Of a stretch of 64,000 nucleotides of DNA, positions 1 through 12,618 are shown one piece after another. Under the pieces are notes generated by a model, which saw only the letters and a list, made by a program, of their open reading frames with translations, was not told the DNA's origin and searched no databases. How positions within the stretch are numbered: the stretch's first letter is position 1; every line of letters begins with the position of its first letter. The translations under genes were made by a program, and so were the position numbers. The DNA comes from Coniocarpon cinnabarinum (taxonomy: Eukaryota), in NCBI GenBank assembly GCA_051942205.1, contig JAVECO010000005.1, positions 124,001 to 188,000 on the forward strand, written 5' to 3'.

Positions 1-873
1 GCTGGAAGAGACTACACACCCACACCGCCCCTAGATGACGAAGTTACTGAAAAGGCCTTACAGCCCATCATCTCGAGCACTCTTGCAGACCTGGATCGGC
101 TACTTTGTGCTCTCTATCACCCGCGCCCCATTAACCCTCAATCTCGAGGTAATGACACGGGGACGGTTGATGGTTCAATCCAAGAATATGGTGGTGACGG
201 CTCCGGCGTCTCGACGGGTAATCTGACTGCCAAAAGACGCTCAAACAAAGCCAATCCTCGCGACTGGAGCGAAGTGCTTGGCCTGGCCTCCCAGCTTGGC
301 TGGCCTGAAAGTGTTGTCAAAGCCGCGCAGAGACGATGCGAGGGCCTCTTCGGGGAACAGATGACCTTTCAAAGCGTATCAGAAGAAGGCAGACTGCCGG
401 CTGAGAGTACCAAAACGACTACTTCAAGTCTGCCCCGAGAGGAATCAGACGCCATACCTTCCATTGAAACAGGAGACTTCCTTCCCAGAAGCTCTTCGAA
501 GGCTGCTCAGGGCTGGAAATGCCCAGAGGCTGCGTGTTCAGAGAAACGCAAATTCTTCTCCTCACGCGAAGAGTGGCTCCATCATATTGAGTCTGCGCAC
601 GGCTACACTTATCACGGCGCTGAGACGGTAGTCGAGATGAACGGACCACAGCATGGCGTCAATGAGCTTTGCTGCCCTGACCCGGACTGTCAGCGCCATG
701 AGTGGCCCTTTCCGACGCAGTGGCGCCTCAATGAACATATGAAAAGGTCGCATGGCGCCACTAAGACACCACGATTGTCCTCGTCGCCCTCGTCAGCTAG
801 ACGAAGCACGACGCCAGACGTTGGCTCTACCGCGGATGCAATGTTTGGTACGTGGACTTTGCTCAGACAATGA
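1..873 (+). CDS. 3' part of an Rrn9-like (RNA Pol I upstream activation factor-associated) protein with two C-terminal C2H2 zinc fingers; 5' end lies outside the window
   Basis: Frame 1 is open from base 1 to the stop at 873. It contains RDWSEVLGLASQLGWPESVVKAAQRRCEGLFGEQMTF, which I recall from fungal Rrn9-domain proteins. Two C2H2-like fingers follow: CPEAAC...HIESAH and CPDPDC...HMKRSH. Confidence 0.6.
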   Translation, partial: AGRDYTPTPPLDDEVTEKALQPIISSTLADLDRLLCALYHPRPINPQSRGNDTGTVDGSIQEYGGDGSGVSTGNLTAKRRSNKANPRDWSEVLGLASQLGWPESVVKAAQRRCEGLFGEQMTFQSVSEEGRLPAESTKTTTSSLPREESDAIPSIETGDFLPRSSSKAAQGWKCPEAACSEKRKFFSSREEWLHHIESAHGYTYHGAETVVEMNGPQHGVNELCCPDPDCQRHEWPFPTQWRLNEHMKRSHGATKTPRLSSSPSSARRSTTPDVGSTADAMFGTWTLLRQ

Positions 874-1540
874 TGCACTTCTACTGCGATGGGTATCCTC
901 GAGGTTATTTCTTGAAAGCGACGGAGTGGCATCAACTTACACCCGTTGATACAGCTTGCTAACCGCTTACAATAGGTGGAGTCCACGTAAATGGATATCT
1001 GGAGCCATTTGAGGCTCTCACGAGACGACGACCTTCACGAAGCGTTTCTCGTGCCAGTTGATGTAAGACGAGGACGACAATGAGTCAAAGCCACAGTGCT
1101 GTTGTCCGCTTGTGCTGCGGGTAGTCGTACCTGAATTCTCCACGACAGTTTGCATCGAGCTGACCTTAATCACCGGTAACTATTTGCACAGCGTCCCTGT
1201 CATCTGGAGATGACAGCACTAGCTCATTATTGGGCTCTATCTTGATTCCAAGTACCCGCAGAAAGAACGCAAAAGCACTTGTCCATACCCTCAATCTTGC
1301 TCTATCTCGACGCGTAACACAAATTATATGCGGGACGATTGGGCGTCTGGTCAATCATATGTACATATCCCAGCATCCTCAAACTTCTCGGAATCCTTAT
1401 CCTGCATCGCACCCCATTCCTGCTCCCCACGTATGGCATGCTCCCAACATCAAGTCCTCTCCCATCGCAACACAGTTCTCACACACCTACACACCACCCT
1501 CTGGACTAGCAACAAAATACACCACCTCGCATACCACCCA

Positions 1541-3406
1541 CTAATCACACCTCCCCCAAGTCCACCGCCCCGTCCAAAACTGCCACGATAACACACACCA
1601 CTCCCCAACCACAAAGAAATACCCAACCGCCCTCAAGATCCTCCCCTGTGCCTCCACACTCGCAATCACCGCGTCATAACTCTGATCGCTGAACGAGACG
1701 CGCGCGTACTGCGTCTCGAACCCGGTCCACGGGGCGTACACGCTGAGTTTTTCTTCGACGGCCTTGCGGAGGCGGTACGTGCGCGAGGTGACGCCCGCGC
1801 GCATTTCGTGGAAGTTTTGCAGACTCAGACTCACGATTGAGTGGGCGGCGGGGACGCGGACGTCGCTGTATTTCGCGAGGGCTCCGCGGAGATGGGGGTC
1901 AGATGGTGGCATTGGGGGGCGTGACTTCGTGTCGACGGAATGGAAGGGAGGTGGTGAGGAGAGGGTTTGATTATCGAGGATGGAGAACAGGACGCGGACG
2001 TCTTCGAGGCCGGCGTTCATGCCTTGGCCGTAGAAGGGGACCATGGCGTGGGCTGCGTCACCCAGAATCACGACGCCCCTTTGCCGTTCCCCGTCTTTCA
2101 CTTCCACTAACTCTCCGCGCTTCTCTCCCATCGTTGATGCAGCAGCTACCCAGTGATGCGGTCGACATCGGATACTGACCAGGCTCTCGTGCGGGTTCCG
2201 CTCGAACATCGCGCTGAGCTCGTCGGCGGGTATCAGTATATCAGTGACGCCGGGGAAGTTGTCGGTGAAGAACTGAGGAATCGTGGAGGGATCTTGCGTT
2301 AGTGCCGTGAAAGTGGCGGACGAGGCGAAGAGCGTGCAGACGAAGGTGCCGTCCGCGGAGGGGATGGCGATGAACATGCAGGGTTCACTCGAATGAGTAG
2401 GTGTGGGCCAGATGTGTAGATGATGAGGATGGAGCGCGAAGCGCGGCTCATTTGATCTTGATTCTGATGCAGCGTATGTCGCGGCTGATTTAAGGTCTGC
2501 AGTGGATGTTGCAGAAGGTGAGGCCGAGTCGAGAGAAAAGCCATCGGGCGCCGATGTGGACAAAGGAGCAATGCTGAATTCACACCACATCGTATCCACG
2601 TACTCCTGCGAAAAGTCGAGTCGCGTCAATTTCGAAAGCGCAGATCGCACAGTCGAATGCGCCCCATCGGCTCCAATCAGCAAATCAAACTCCACGCTCC
2701 TCTCCTCGCCGTTCCCACCTCTCTCCTCCACAACCGCAGAGCCGTTCTCCTCTTCCACCCTCACAATCTTAAACCCAAAGTGCATCTGCACGTTCTCAAA
2801 CCCGTCTAATTCATCGAGTAATGCTTTATTCAACTCGCCGCGATCAGCGGCTCGAATGAAGCGGCCGTGGGCATCGTAGGTTTGGGAGTCTGCGCGCAAA
2901 GAGCCCGTCGCGGAGCGCGAATGCACCATGCGACCTCGCATGGGGATTGTGTTGGAGAGGATGCGGGAGAGCAGATGGGGACATTGCGTGGCTTCCAAGG
3001 CGTGGATTCCGCGGTGGGAGAGAGCGAGGTTGATTGATTTGTTGAGGCTGGGTGTGCTCTGGGAGGGGTGGCGAATGTCTGGGACGTTATTTGTTAGGGC
3101 ATGAGAGTATCGCCGGTGTGCGTGTAGTGTATAGATGGGCTATACGTTTAGGTGGGAGAGCCTCGGTAGCCGCGTTGGTTTTACATCTTGATGAGGGTGG
3201 TAGTCCTGCAGACAGCGATGACGATACTTTTGACAAGCTTTCCGGGGTGTCTTCTCTCTTTTTGAAGCCATAGACCGAACATAGAAAAAAATCTGAAAGA
3301 ACATACCTGACCGTGATTCATACACCTGCACATCATGACCACGCTTAGCGGCATACAACGCCGCCAAAGAGCCAACAGGCCCCGCGCCAATCACAACGAC
3401 CTTCAT
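1541..3406 (-). CDS. BNA4: Kynurenine 3-monooxygenase (FAD-dependent); exons 3406-3307 and 3078-1541
   Basis: N-terminal GAGPVG Rossmann motif. The intron GTATGT...CTAAC...CAG (3306-3079) joins in frame to [15 protein letters not shown]. Further motifs: [17 protein letters not shown] and [23 protein letters not shown]. The extreme 3' end could hide another small intron. Confidence 0.93.
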
Positions 3407-3840
3407 GTTGTATCCTCAGATACTGTCCCTGTTTTTCAAAAATGTCCTAAAACAAATACATGTTCGATGGCAAAAAAAGCATGTACGCCGTATTCCGCAC
3501 GGAGTACGGAGAAGACGTCACGGCCTCCCAGCCAAAAAAGGGGGCTAGATCTGGCGCTATCCCGAGTTGAGCGGGCCGTGGAATACAGGTGTCTTTTGTC
3601 AAATACCTCGAGTCCGCCCGATATCATTTGCACTTGCCTACATACTCCCAGAGCGTGCCCAAAAAGCCAGAGCGAGCGGTTTCGACGATCATCGCACTTT
3701 CAAAGATCACAGAGAGAGTCGCGCAGGGAATTTCAAGCATTGTTCGGGGTGGACAGTGTATAAGTGGTGCGCGTGCCTGGACTGTATCCGTCGGCGACGA
3801 GTAGACGAGGCCAGCGCCGCAGTCGGCGTACATCCTCAGC

Positions 3841-5562
3841 ATGACACAGCAAAAATGCCTTGGAAAGGATTGTGAAAACGACGCGAGTACGCTGCAATGT
3901 CCGACGTGTCAAAAGATGGGCAAAAACAGCTATTTCTGCTCCCAAGATTGTTTCAAAAAGAACTGGGTACGTCCGTCTGTCTGAAACCCATGTGTAGCCT
4001 CATCACGTGCCTTCATCCTCTCCTCGTACACTCCCTTCCAATCACGAAAATCCCCCCGTAGTCTGACCGGGTGTTGTCGTATTCGAGAGCATCTCTATCA
4101 AGTGAGTAAGCACTGATATGGAGACCACTTCAGAGCGATCACAAAAGCATCCACAAAACGAGTACGCTCCGGTCCCTCATCCCACCCACCGCAACCGCTT
4201 ATATAGATCCAGACACCGGCCACCACAATCCCTTCCCCGGCTACAGCTTCAGCGGTCCCATCCGGCCCGTGTACCCGCTCTCGCCCAAGCGCACGATCCC
4301 GGAACGGATCCCGCATCCCGAGTACGCGCGCGATGGCATTCCCCGCTCGGAACAGGCGTTCGTGCGACGGAACAGGATCAAGCAGCTCGATAAGACGGAG
4401 CAGGAGGGGATGCGTCGCGTTTGTCGGTTGGCGCGGGAGGTGTTGGATGTGGCGGCGAGCAACCTGAAGCCGGGCGTGACGACGGATGAGATTGATCGGA
4501 TTGTGCATGAGGAGTGTATTAAGCGTGATGTGAGTTATCCGTCCTTCGACCCTGTGGTACCCCGTCGTTGTTGCTTCAATCCACACCTCGTTGAATATGC
4601 GGTGCAACCTTAAGGACAAAGTCCACTGATGAACTCCACAGTCCTATCCCAGTCCCCTGAACTACTACCGCTACCCCAAATCCGTCTGCACCTCAATCAA
4701 CGAAGTAATCTGCCACGGAATCCCCGACCAACGCCCGCTAGCATCCGGCGACATCATCAACATCGACGTAACCCTCTACCACAAAGGCTTCCACGGCGAC
4801 CTAAACGAAACCTACTACGTTGGCAATGCCTCCTCCGACGCCGACGCCGTCCGCGTCGTCGAGACCGCGCGCGAGTGCCTCGACGAAGCCATCAAGCTCG
4901 TGAAACCCGGGATGCTGTTTAAAGACCCCGGCGGCGCGATCGAGAACCACGCCAAGTCCAAGAACTGCAGCGTCGTGAAGACGTATGTAGGGCACGGGGT
5001 CAATCAGATGTTTCATTGTGCGCCGAACGTGCCGCATTATGCGAAGAGTAAGGCGGTGGGACAAGCGAAGCCAGGAATGTACGTTGAAATTTGTCCCGAA
5101 TGCGTCTTGTGATGTGGTCGTGTCAATGAGATGATGGCTAACAAGCGAGACAGGTGCTTCACAATCGAACCCATGATCAACCTCGGCAGCTACCGCGACA
5201 AGACCTGGCCCGATGACTGGACCAGCGTGACGCAAGACGGCATGCGAAGCGCGCAATTCGAGCACACACTGCTCGTAACCGAAGACGGCGTCGAAGTGTT
5301 GACAGCGCGACTGGAGGACTCACCAGGCGGACCCGTAGCGATGCCGACGGCAGGTCAGGAGACGGCTCAGACTCTGGAGAAAAAGAGCGAAAGCGTCGAA
5401 GCGGCGAAAAAGGGCGTGGAGGAGATGAAAATCGATGGTGGCGATACCATTGATAAAGCGGCGAGAGAGGGTGATGCGGTTAATGGAGAGGCGACTGCAG
5501 CTGTGGAGACGCCGGGGGCAAAGGGAAGTAAAGCGGAGAATGAGACGGGGCGGGTCAGCTGA
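3841..5562 (+). CDS. MAP1: Methionine aminopeptidase 1; exons 3841-3966, 4134-4529, 4642-5078, 5154-5562
   Basis: N-terminal zinc finger (CLGKDC...LQCPTC...[18 protein letters not shown]). Catalytic motifs [46 protein letters not shown] and [11 protein letters not shown]. All three GT-AG introns keep the frame. Confidence 0.96.
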
Positions 5563-6138
5563 GCGTGTATAGGTCATTATGATCATGACGATGAGACGAG
5601 GCTTCTCAGTTCGTGTTCCTCAGCGCCCGTCCACATGTCTTGAAGGACGGTTTGTATTGAGCGATAGATAGCCGAGATTTGGTGCGGCGCTCGCTTCCAA
5701 TAATAGTTTCGGCGCCACATAAGAAGCCTGTTCATGTAGTAACCCGACTACGAAGCGCGAACAACCATGTGACACTGCCTCTGCCGCAGTCAACATAGCA
5801 AAAACGTCGCAAGATGCAAAGTGTTATGCTTTCAAGCCACCACCTCGCTCATCACGATAGTCCACAGGCTCGAAGTGGACGCATCGATAGTGAAAGCAAT
5901 GGCACGTAAACAGGCCAGAATGTACCTTTAGTAACGTAAGAGGTCCCTCGATATAGAGGAATGAACAAGCGGGCAAGCCAAAGCAGCCTCCACGGAAGCA
6001 CAAAGTACAGACAAGACATCCAAATCACTAACAATCGACAAAAGAAATGAAAAGCACAACACCCGCAAGAAGAACACGCAAATATGCAAAGACGCTGCTG
6101 TATTCACTCCCGACCCGCCACACCCTCGCTATCCCATC

Positions 6139-9019
6139 CTATCCCATCAGCTCTCCCGCCTCCTCCTCCAAAATAGCCGCAAAACTAAACGGTAAAAACG
6201 GCACTCCGTCTCCAATGAAATGCTTACTCATCGCCTCCACCCAATGCAATCTGAGCGAATGCAACATCGCCGACGTGCCCTCCATCACCACCAGCACCGC
6301 AATGGTGAGGATGAACCAAAGGTAAAACAGGCCGAAAACCATGATGATGCCTGTGGCGCCGGATTGCTTGAAGGCGATCCCCAGTGTCATTTTCCAGAGG
6401 ACGATGGAGAGTTGTTGATGCGCTAGGGACAGGGCCCAGAGGCGGAGGTAGGAGGCTGTGTGGGAGACGCAGTTGAGGCAGAATTCTTTTAGTGCGTTAG
6501 CGTTGTGTTTCTAGACTATACTGAAGGGAAGGTACGAGGAAGGGCAGCGGCTTACCGATGGTGTGGATAACCTGGTGGATCATCACCTCTCCAAACTCAA
6601 ACTCCTCAGTCTCACCATGGGCTCCAATATCTTGCGTGATCATAGCACCCGCGTCGCCGTCGCTCTGGAACGAATCACGACCCATGCCGTTCATCTGTTG
6701 GACCTCTGCGGATCGCCGGCCAGCGACAGGTGAGTTTTCGTCGTCATCGTCGTCCAATGCTGTGACGCGACTGGTCTCGCCAACAGCACGGTATCCTTTC
6801 ATTCGCGCTTTGTTGTTCTCGTAGCGGAGATAGAAGGGTTTGAGCAGGAGCATGATGGGGACACATACAACTGCCACGAGGACCAGCACCACCTGAATGA
6901 AGGCTTGCCCGCCATACAGCTGCTCCTCAATCGTACCAGGGGAGAGGAACATGTAGATGAGCATGTTCAGGAGTGAGGGTGGCGGTTTTCCAGCACTTGG
7001 CCAGTCGATTGACCACTTGTAGAGAATGGTGAAGACGAGATAGCCGAAAATAGATTGGAAGAAAACCATGCCGGGAATGAAGTTGCCCCAAATGTCAATG
7101 GGCGAATGGAAATGCAAGGCGTTGACAAGGGACCAGACAAGCGAGTAGGTCATGTGAGCCCAACCGAGGATGATTGACAGCTTCATCTTATACGAGTTGG
7201 CGAAGAGCAGCTCATTGTTGGTATCATGCCACATCCAGTCCATGCCGAAAGGGTAGACGTAGTCGGCCTTCCGTTCTGCGGTGATCTCTTTGTCTGCTTG
7301 GAAGCCTTCCGGCCATTGCCACATACTGGGAAACAGGGCCAGGTCCTTGGAGAAGGCGTCACAGTAGATCAGACCGGTGTACATGGAGAAAAGGCCCATC
7401 ATGAGCATGATGTAGCGTCCAAAGAAAGCCATCGAGAACAACTCGTCCAGCTTGCCTCGTGAGAGCGGCTTTTCAAAGTAGATCATGGCGAGCGCAGCGA
7501 GGAACATGATGGCGCCGTGACCGAAGTCGCCGAACATGACAGCGAACAGGAAAGGGAACGTAACGATTGTGTAAAGTCCAGGGTTGACTTCCTGATATTT
7601 GGCGGTTCCGTAAGCATCAATAATCGTTTGAAAGCCGAGAGTGAACTTATTGGTCTTATTGTATGTTGGTGGCGTCTTGTTAGTCTTGATCTGATTGACA
7701 ATTGTGGGTATTGACAAGCCTGCGCGGTCATTGACGTCTTGCAGTGTTGACTTGATCAGACCTAACGAGTTGGTCGGACACCAGGCTTCAGCAATCAGCG
7801 TCTTCCGAGCTTGGTCGTATGAGAAACGATTCAATGTCGAATAGACGGCCTTCTCCTTCTTGACCACGATCATCCAAGCTGCAAGACTCCGACCGATTTG
7901 GGTCAATTCTGCATCAAGTGTCCGTTTGGTGTTTTCAAGCACGCTTCTGAGATCGCTCAAGCGCGTGTTGACCTCGTTCACTTGATCACGACGGATCTCG
8001 CTGTTCTCATCCACACTGTACAAATCCGCGCCTAGCGACTCGGAGATTTTCCTGATTTTTGAGATGATCTCCTTGCCATGGGCGAAAATGACGAACACGT
8101 TTTTGCGCACTTCTTCGTTGTTTTCGGGATTAACAATCGGCTCAGGGATTTCAGACTGGTTCATGTATAAGTTGCCACGGAGAGTTCGCCACAGAATGCG
8201 TTCAAATGAGCCAATGCGATCTCGAGGGATCACGCCGGCTACGAATCCGATGTTCATCACAGAGAACGCTCGATCGCTTCCGTAGGCATTGCCGTTAGGT
8301 CCATTCTGCTCGACGTCTTGCAGCAGTGGCGCATCGTCGTCTTCGTTGTCCATTGACTGACGGATTTCATCGGTTTGGCCACGAGCCTGGGACAGAGTCA
8401 ATCATATAACCGACAATCGCGCTTCGACCTGACTTACCCGATCAAAGAATCCGCCAGCCTCTCGCAAGACCCATCGCCATTCGGTGAGATCTACTTCCCT
8501 CTTTTTGAGCGTCTCATAGCTTTCGTTGAGAGATGATATTCGTTGTTCCAAGGCTTCTGCTCTATCCGCTAATTCGTCAATTTCTGAAGCAGAAGTGGCA
8601 CCGAGTGTGTTGGAAAAGTCATAGATCGATCGCATGGATATTGAAGACTTCTCCATCTGGCTATGGAAATATCCTATTATGGCGTCAGTCGATATCGGAG
8701 ACATGCGGGAGACTAGTAAGACCCACGAAGTTGCCGCTCCATGTTGTCGAGTCTGCGAATCTCTTGTGTGAATGTCCGCTGAAATGCATTGACCTCTGAG
8801 TTCAGCTAGAGTTATCTCGTTAGCCAATTGTTCAATTAGATCTCGCCCGCAAAGGTCGGGGAATGATCCCCACAATAGCCGGTCACATACATCTCTGAAG
8901 TCCATGAGACCCAGCTCGCCGAGCGCACTAACAACCTCACGCCCGATCTCATTGGAGATGTACAGCTGCGTGAGGGTCATGTCCGACGAACGGAACAGAC
9001 TGTCCCTTTGGGTGGCCAT
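6139..9019 (-). CDS. VPH1: V-type proton ATPase subunit a; exons 9019-8891, 8805-8727, 8673-8438, 8386-6556, 6485-6139
   Basis: Motifs [94 protein letters not shown] and HSLRLHWVE. Four canonical introns keep the frame. Confidence 0.97.
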
Positions 9020-9516
9020 GATGGCGACCGTGCGCCCTCGCGGGCTCTTCGAAGGAGGTGAAGTGGATCAAGGCTGGGCTTCACTATATTGCTGACGAAA
9101 TTTACTTGTTACAAGGGCAGTGGGCGAAGATAGGACGTCGTGAAGATCGATGGTCCAAGAGGTCATATGTAGGTAGCTCTTGGATCGATCCATGCAGGGG
9201 CGGTCTCGTAGCGGATTCAGCCTTACAGGGCAAATTCTTCTCGCAGTCCCACGGCGCTGTTGAAGCACTCTGCTGCACAACAGCACCTCCTTCGAACTCG
9301 AAGTCTAGTTGAAGGGATGCGCCCAAGTCAAATGCTCAGGAATTTGCCAGAAATTTGTCGCGAATACACATCGTTACGTCGTGCTGTTTGCTAGAAACAA
9401 GTGTACATATAAACACACCCCTTTGGAAGAGATCATTATAACATCGTCCACGGACCAGTTGCGGCCTGCGAATTTGGAACCCCCGAGCTGGACAAGATTC
9501 ACACGTGATCCGCCGT

Positions 9517-10211
9517 CTACACATATGATCGTCTGCTCGAATATCGCCTGTCACCACTCCTCCTCCTGTCCCTGTCGTCGTACCGGTACCCAGACCTAGA
9601 ACCCCGTGATGCGCTGCGGCGATGACCGTGTCGCGACGAGTGGGATGTGCGGCGCTCGACAACCCTCGTCGTCTTCTCCGGATGCTGCCTGCGATAGTGA
9701 TGATGTACCCAGAGGGAGATGAGCTGTGAATCACAGTTAGCCAATTGTACTTGGACGTCCTTGATCAGTAGTTACTCACAGTAGTCGTAAAGTACAACAG
9801 GATTTCGACAATCGCGAGTCCGAACGACGCCTTGAGGATGTTGCACGTCTTGCTCCAGTGGTTGATGAATGGCGCAAGCTGGTAGTAGCCTGAGAAGGAG
9901 GTCGGGTCGCTGCAGCTCGCCCCCGCGATATTTCTTAGAACCACGACACCCGCAATGAGCGCCGCCAAGATACCGAGATCGACGAGCGCGAGGAGGTGTC
10001 CGTTTCTGCGAGCCGAGCGATAAAAGAGCAGTGTTCCAAGTGCCCAGACACCGGCCAAGACCACCACGATGAAGAGAATGAGAATGTAGTTGGGTGTGAG
10101 GAGGTTGCTTTTGACATAACCATGGACGAGGTATGAGAGCATGCCAATGAGCGGTATCAGGAGCGTCAGCTCAAAGCCTCGGAAGATGAGGAAAAGTAAG
10201 CCCGCGATCAT
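9517..10211 (-). CDS. MARVEL-like four-TM membrane protein with an Arg/Ser-rich C-terminal tail; exons 10211-9780 and 9723-9517
   Basis: Four hydrophobic segments, a conserved-looking KTCNILKASFGLAI segment, and a phase-0 intron GTGAGT...CTAAC...CAG. Confidence 0.75.
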
Positions 10212-11084
10212 GATGGGCAGAGGTCGAGGTCTCTCAAGTAGGAATGTTTGACAGTGTATAGAAGCGAAGATCGGTGGCTGTATACGTGACGCGCAGGTGT
10301 GCCGGCGATGGTAAACAAGTCCTGAGATATCTGTTGACGTTCGATAGGTTTCCGGCCGCTAGGGAGACGGGCGCGGTGGTACCAAAGATAGGTATTATCT
10401 GCAAGCGACAGACCGTGGTGGGGCAGGCTATCGGGTGTCTAGGAGAAGTTGGCCACGACGATGACGGCGTCACGCCTACGCCTTGCGCACAGGGCCAGCG
10501 AAGGAAAGCGAGGGTAGAAGCGAAGTGCTGTGGAAGAGGAGAAGAAAGAAGGAGGAAGAATTGGCGCTGTGGTAGGTACAAGAAGATGTAGCGGGCGTCA
10601 TCTGGTGGAAGATGGATGGCTGGATGCCAAGGCCTGTCGTAGATGGAGAGGCGGGGGCGGGACGGGGGAGCGCCATTGTACGGAGTGTACTCCGTAGTGC
10701 TTGTTCCTCGCCCTGCCCACTGTCGCCCTGTGTGCCTGTCAGCCCTCAACCTTGGAAGACTTGGTCAACGTGCCTGTGCTAACTCTTCACTCACGAGTCA
10801 GTCTCGTGAGATACAGTAAATTATCCATCGTGCGACCAACGATACCGGCTGTCATCATGAATGGCCGTAATGTTTACGCAAACGATGTTACATTCAAGAC
10901 ATATACACCCGCAATGCTTCATCCTCCGTCTGGACCCTCGCTGCAAATGCCCTAATACGCATGGCATATTCTGTACAGCCTATTTGTACGCCATGCTAAT
11001 ACAAGTTGAGAGGCCGTGTCGTCATGTAGTGGTGTCGTTTCTCGTCGTAAACTGTCGTGATAAGGTGCTCACCGAACGGCGGCG

Positions 11085-12618
11085 TCAGTTCACTGGTGGA
11101 AGACTGTGTGCTTCGTCGACCCCTGAGACATCTCGAGTCAAGCGTGCACGTCCGCTGCTGGGATCCGTCACCATGTGGAGCCCACCCTTAACTGACGCCA
11201 TCGATGGCTTTCTACCCAACGTGCGCTCCAAATAACTATCTTCTTCCTCATCACTCACGCCAGGCTCCCTCACAGTCGGCGCAGCTGTCTCCAATTCTTG
11301 TGTCGTCACTTGTAGCGCCTCTACTTTGCGCCGTAGCTCCTTGGAGGGCCGTTCGCCTTGCGCTTCGAGGTCTTCGATCTTCTGTCGGATCCATTTGCTT
11401 TGTAGTCGACTCTCCATCGACTCACTTTCGGCGTCAATCTCAAGGACCTTACGCAGCGTTCTGACATCAGCATGGCTGCGCATATTCTTCATCCGGTGAC
11501 ACCAGACCAGCTGACCGTCTTCGAAAAGAAACTCTCCTCCGACTTGGAACAAAGGACCATGGAGGCCGTGAAAGCCAGGCACCTTCTTATCGCATGCTCT
11601 ATCAGACTCCTTGCTCTGTAAGCTGCAGAAAGATGTCTCACTTGCTGCATCTGATGAACAGGACTCTTCGAGAAGCGTGTCAGTGTAGACGCTTCTATAT
11701 TTGTCAGAGAGTGAATGGTAGGTCATTCCAAGATGATTCATTTTCGGCGAATACTCCGGACGCTTTCCGAATCGCCATATCAGCCCGCCCCATCGATGGC
11801 ATCCCAAGAGTCTCAATAGTCGGAGTGTTGGCTCCGTGTAAGTTTCGTAGGGACTGTTCGTGCGTTGGATGTAACTTTTGATCAACGAGGGGTGGCCGAT
11901 TCCGATCAGAATAATTTTCGTTGGCATGCCGGTACTCGCACTGTTGCCCAAAGCGTCTTCTGGGTTGAGGTTCTTGATGAGGTACTGTACGTACTGCTGG
12001 CATCCCTAGCAAGTGACATGTCAGCAGCGTTTGGCGCCAAGCCTGTGTGTGCTGTGTGATGTTGGCAGGGACTAAGCAAGATCCTCTCGCCCCATCTTGC
12101 AAGACGACATCCAGAATTAGTAGAAGCTGAATGTACACAGGCTGCTTCTTGTATTCTTTGCGATAAGTCATGCAAGCCATATGATTCAAAATTGAAAGAC
12201 GAAAGACGCTAGAAGCACGCCCAGTCGATTCAGTTCGATCACCAGACTTACCCAACAGTGCCAGTGTCTGATAAAGAGAAAACAGGCGTCGTTCGCCGAT
12301 GCTATTGCCTCCCAGCAAAAGGTCCCGAAAGGCGATTGTGTTGCTGTCTGCATCGTACAAAGGTATTTCTGAAGCTTCTGCAAGCTTCTCCGGCGAAGGC
12401 AGGTCGTCCGTCGGCTCTGCAATGTGTCTGCGCCGGGGCAGTGGCCAGTTCATTGACTGTGTCTGAGAGGAATAGCCATTGTAGGCTGAGAAGCGAGGAG
12501 GGTCGGTAGCGACTGCAGCGAGGAAGTCGGATACTGACGAGATGTTGGTTGAAACAGAAAAGTGAGAAAGATGGTTGCTGTGTGAGCTGTCAGAGACCAG
12601 CGTGGAGGAGACAGACAT
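11085..12618 (-). pseudogene. AhpC/TSA-like (peroxiredoxin-like 2 / thioredoxin-fold) gene with an apparent 1-nt frameshift near 12280; intron 12251-12006
   Basis: Family-like segments PSPEKLAEASEIPLYDADSNTIAFRDLL (frame A), then FIRHWHCW|GCQQYV (CxxC, frame B across the intron), IILIGIG, and QVGGEFLFEDGQLVWCHRMKNMRSH. Frames A and B differ by one base. This may be an intact gene with an assembly error. Confidence 0.65.

Noticed and set aside
3966..4133. Possible [D1,2] stwintron in MAP1 intron 1 (G|GTACGT...CAAG|TGAGT would recreate GTGAGT)
   Set aside because: The outer intron would be only ~32 nt and the product would create an in-frame TGA. Simple splicing gives the conserved KKNW|SDHK.
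12006..12252. Nested or shifted splicing as a rescue of the AhpC/TSA frameshift
   Set aside because: No good reconstituted donor exists, and the rescued peptide (FSLYQTLALL) would lose the family FIRHxxC motif.
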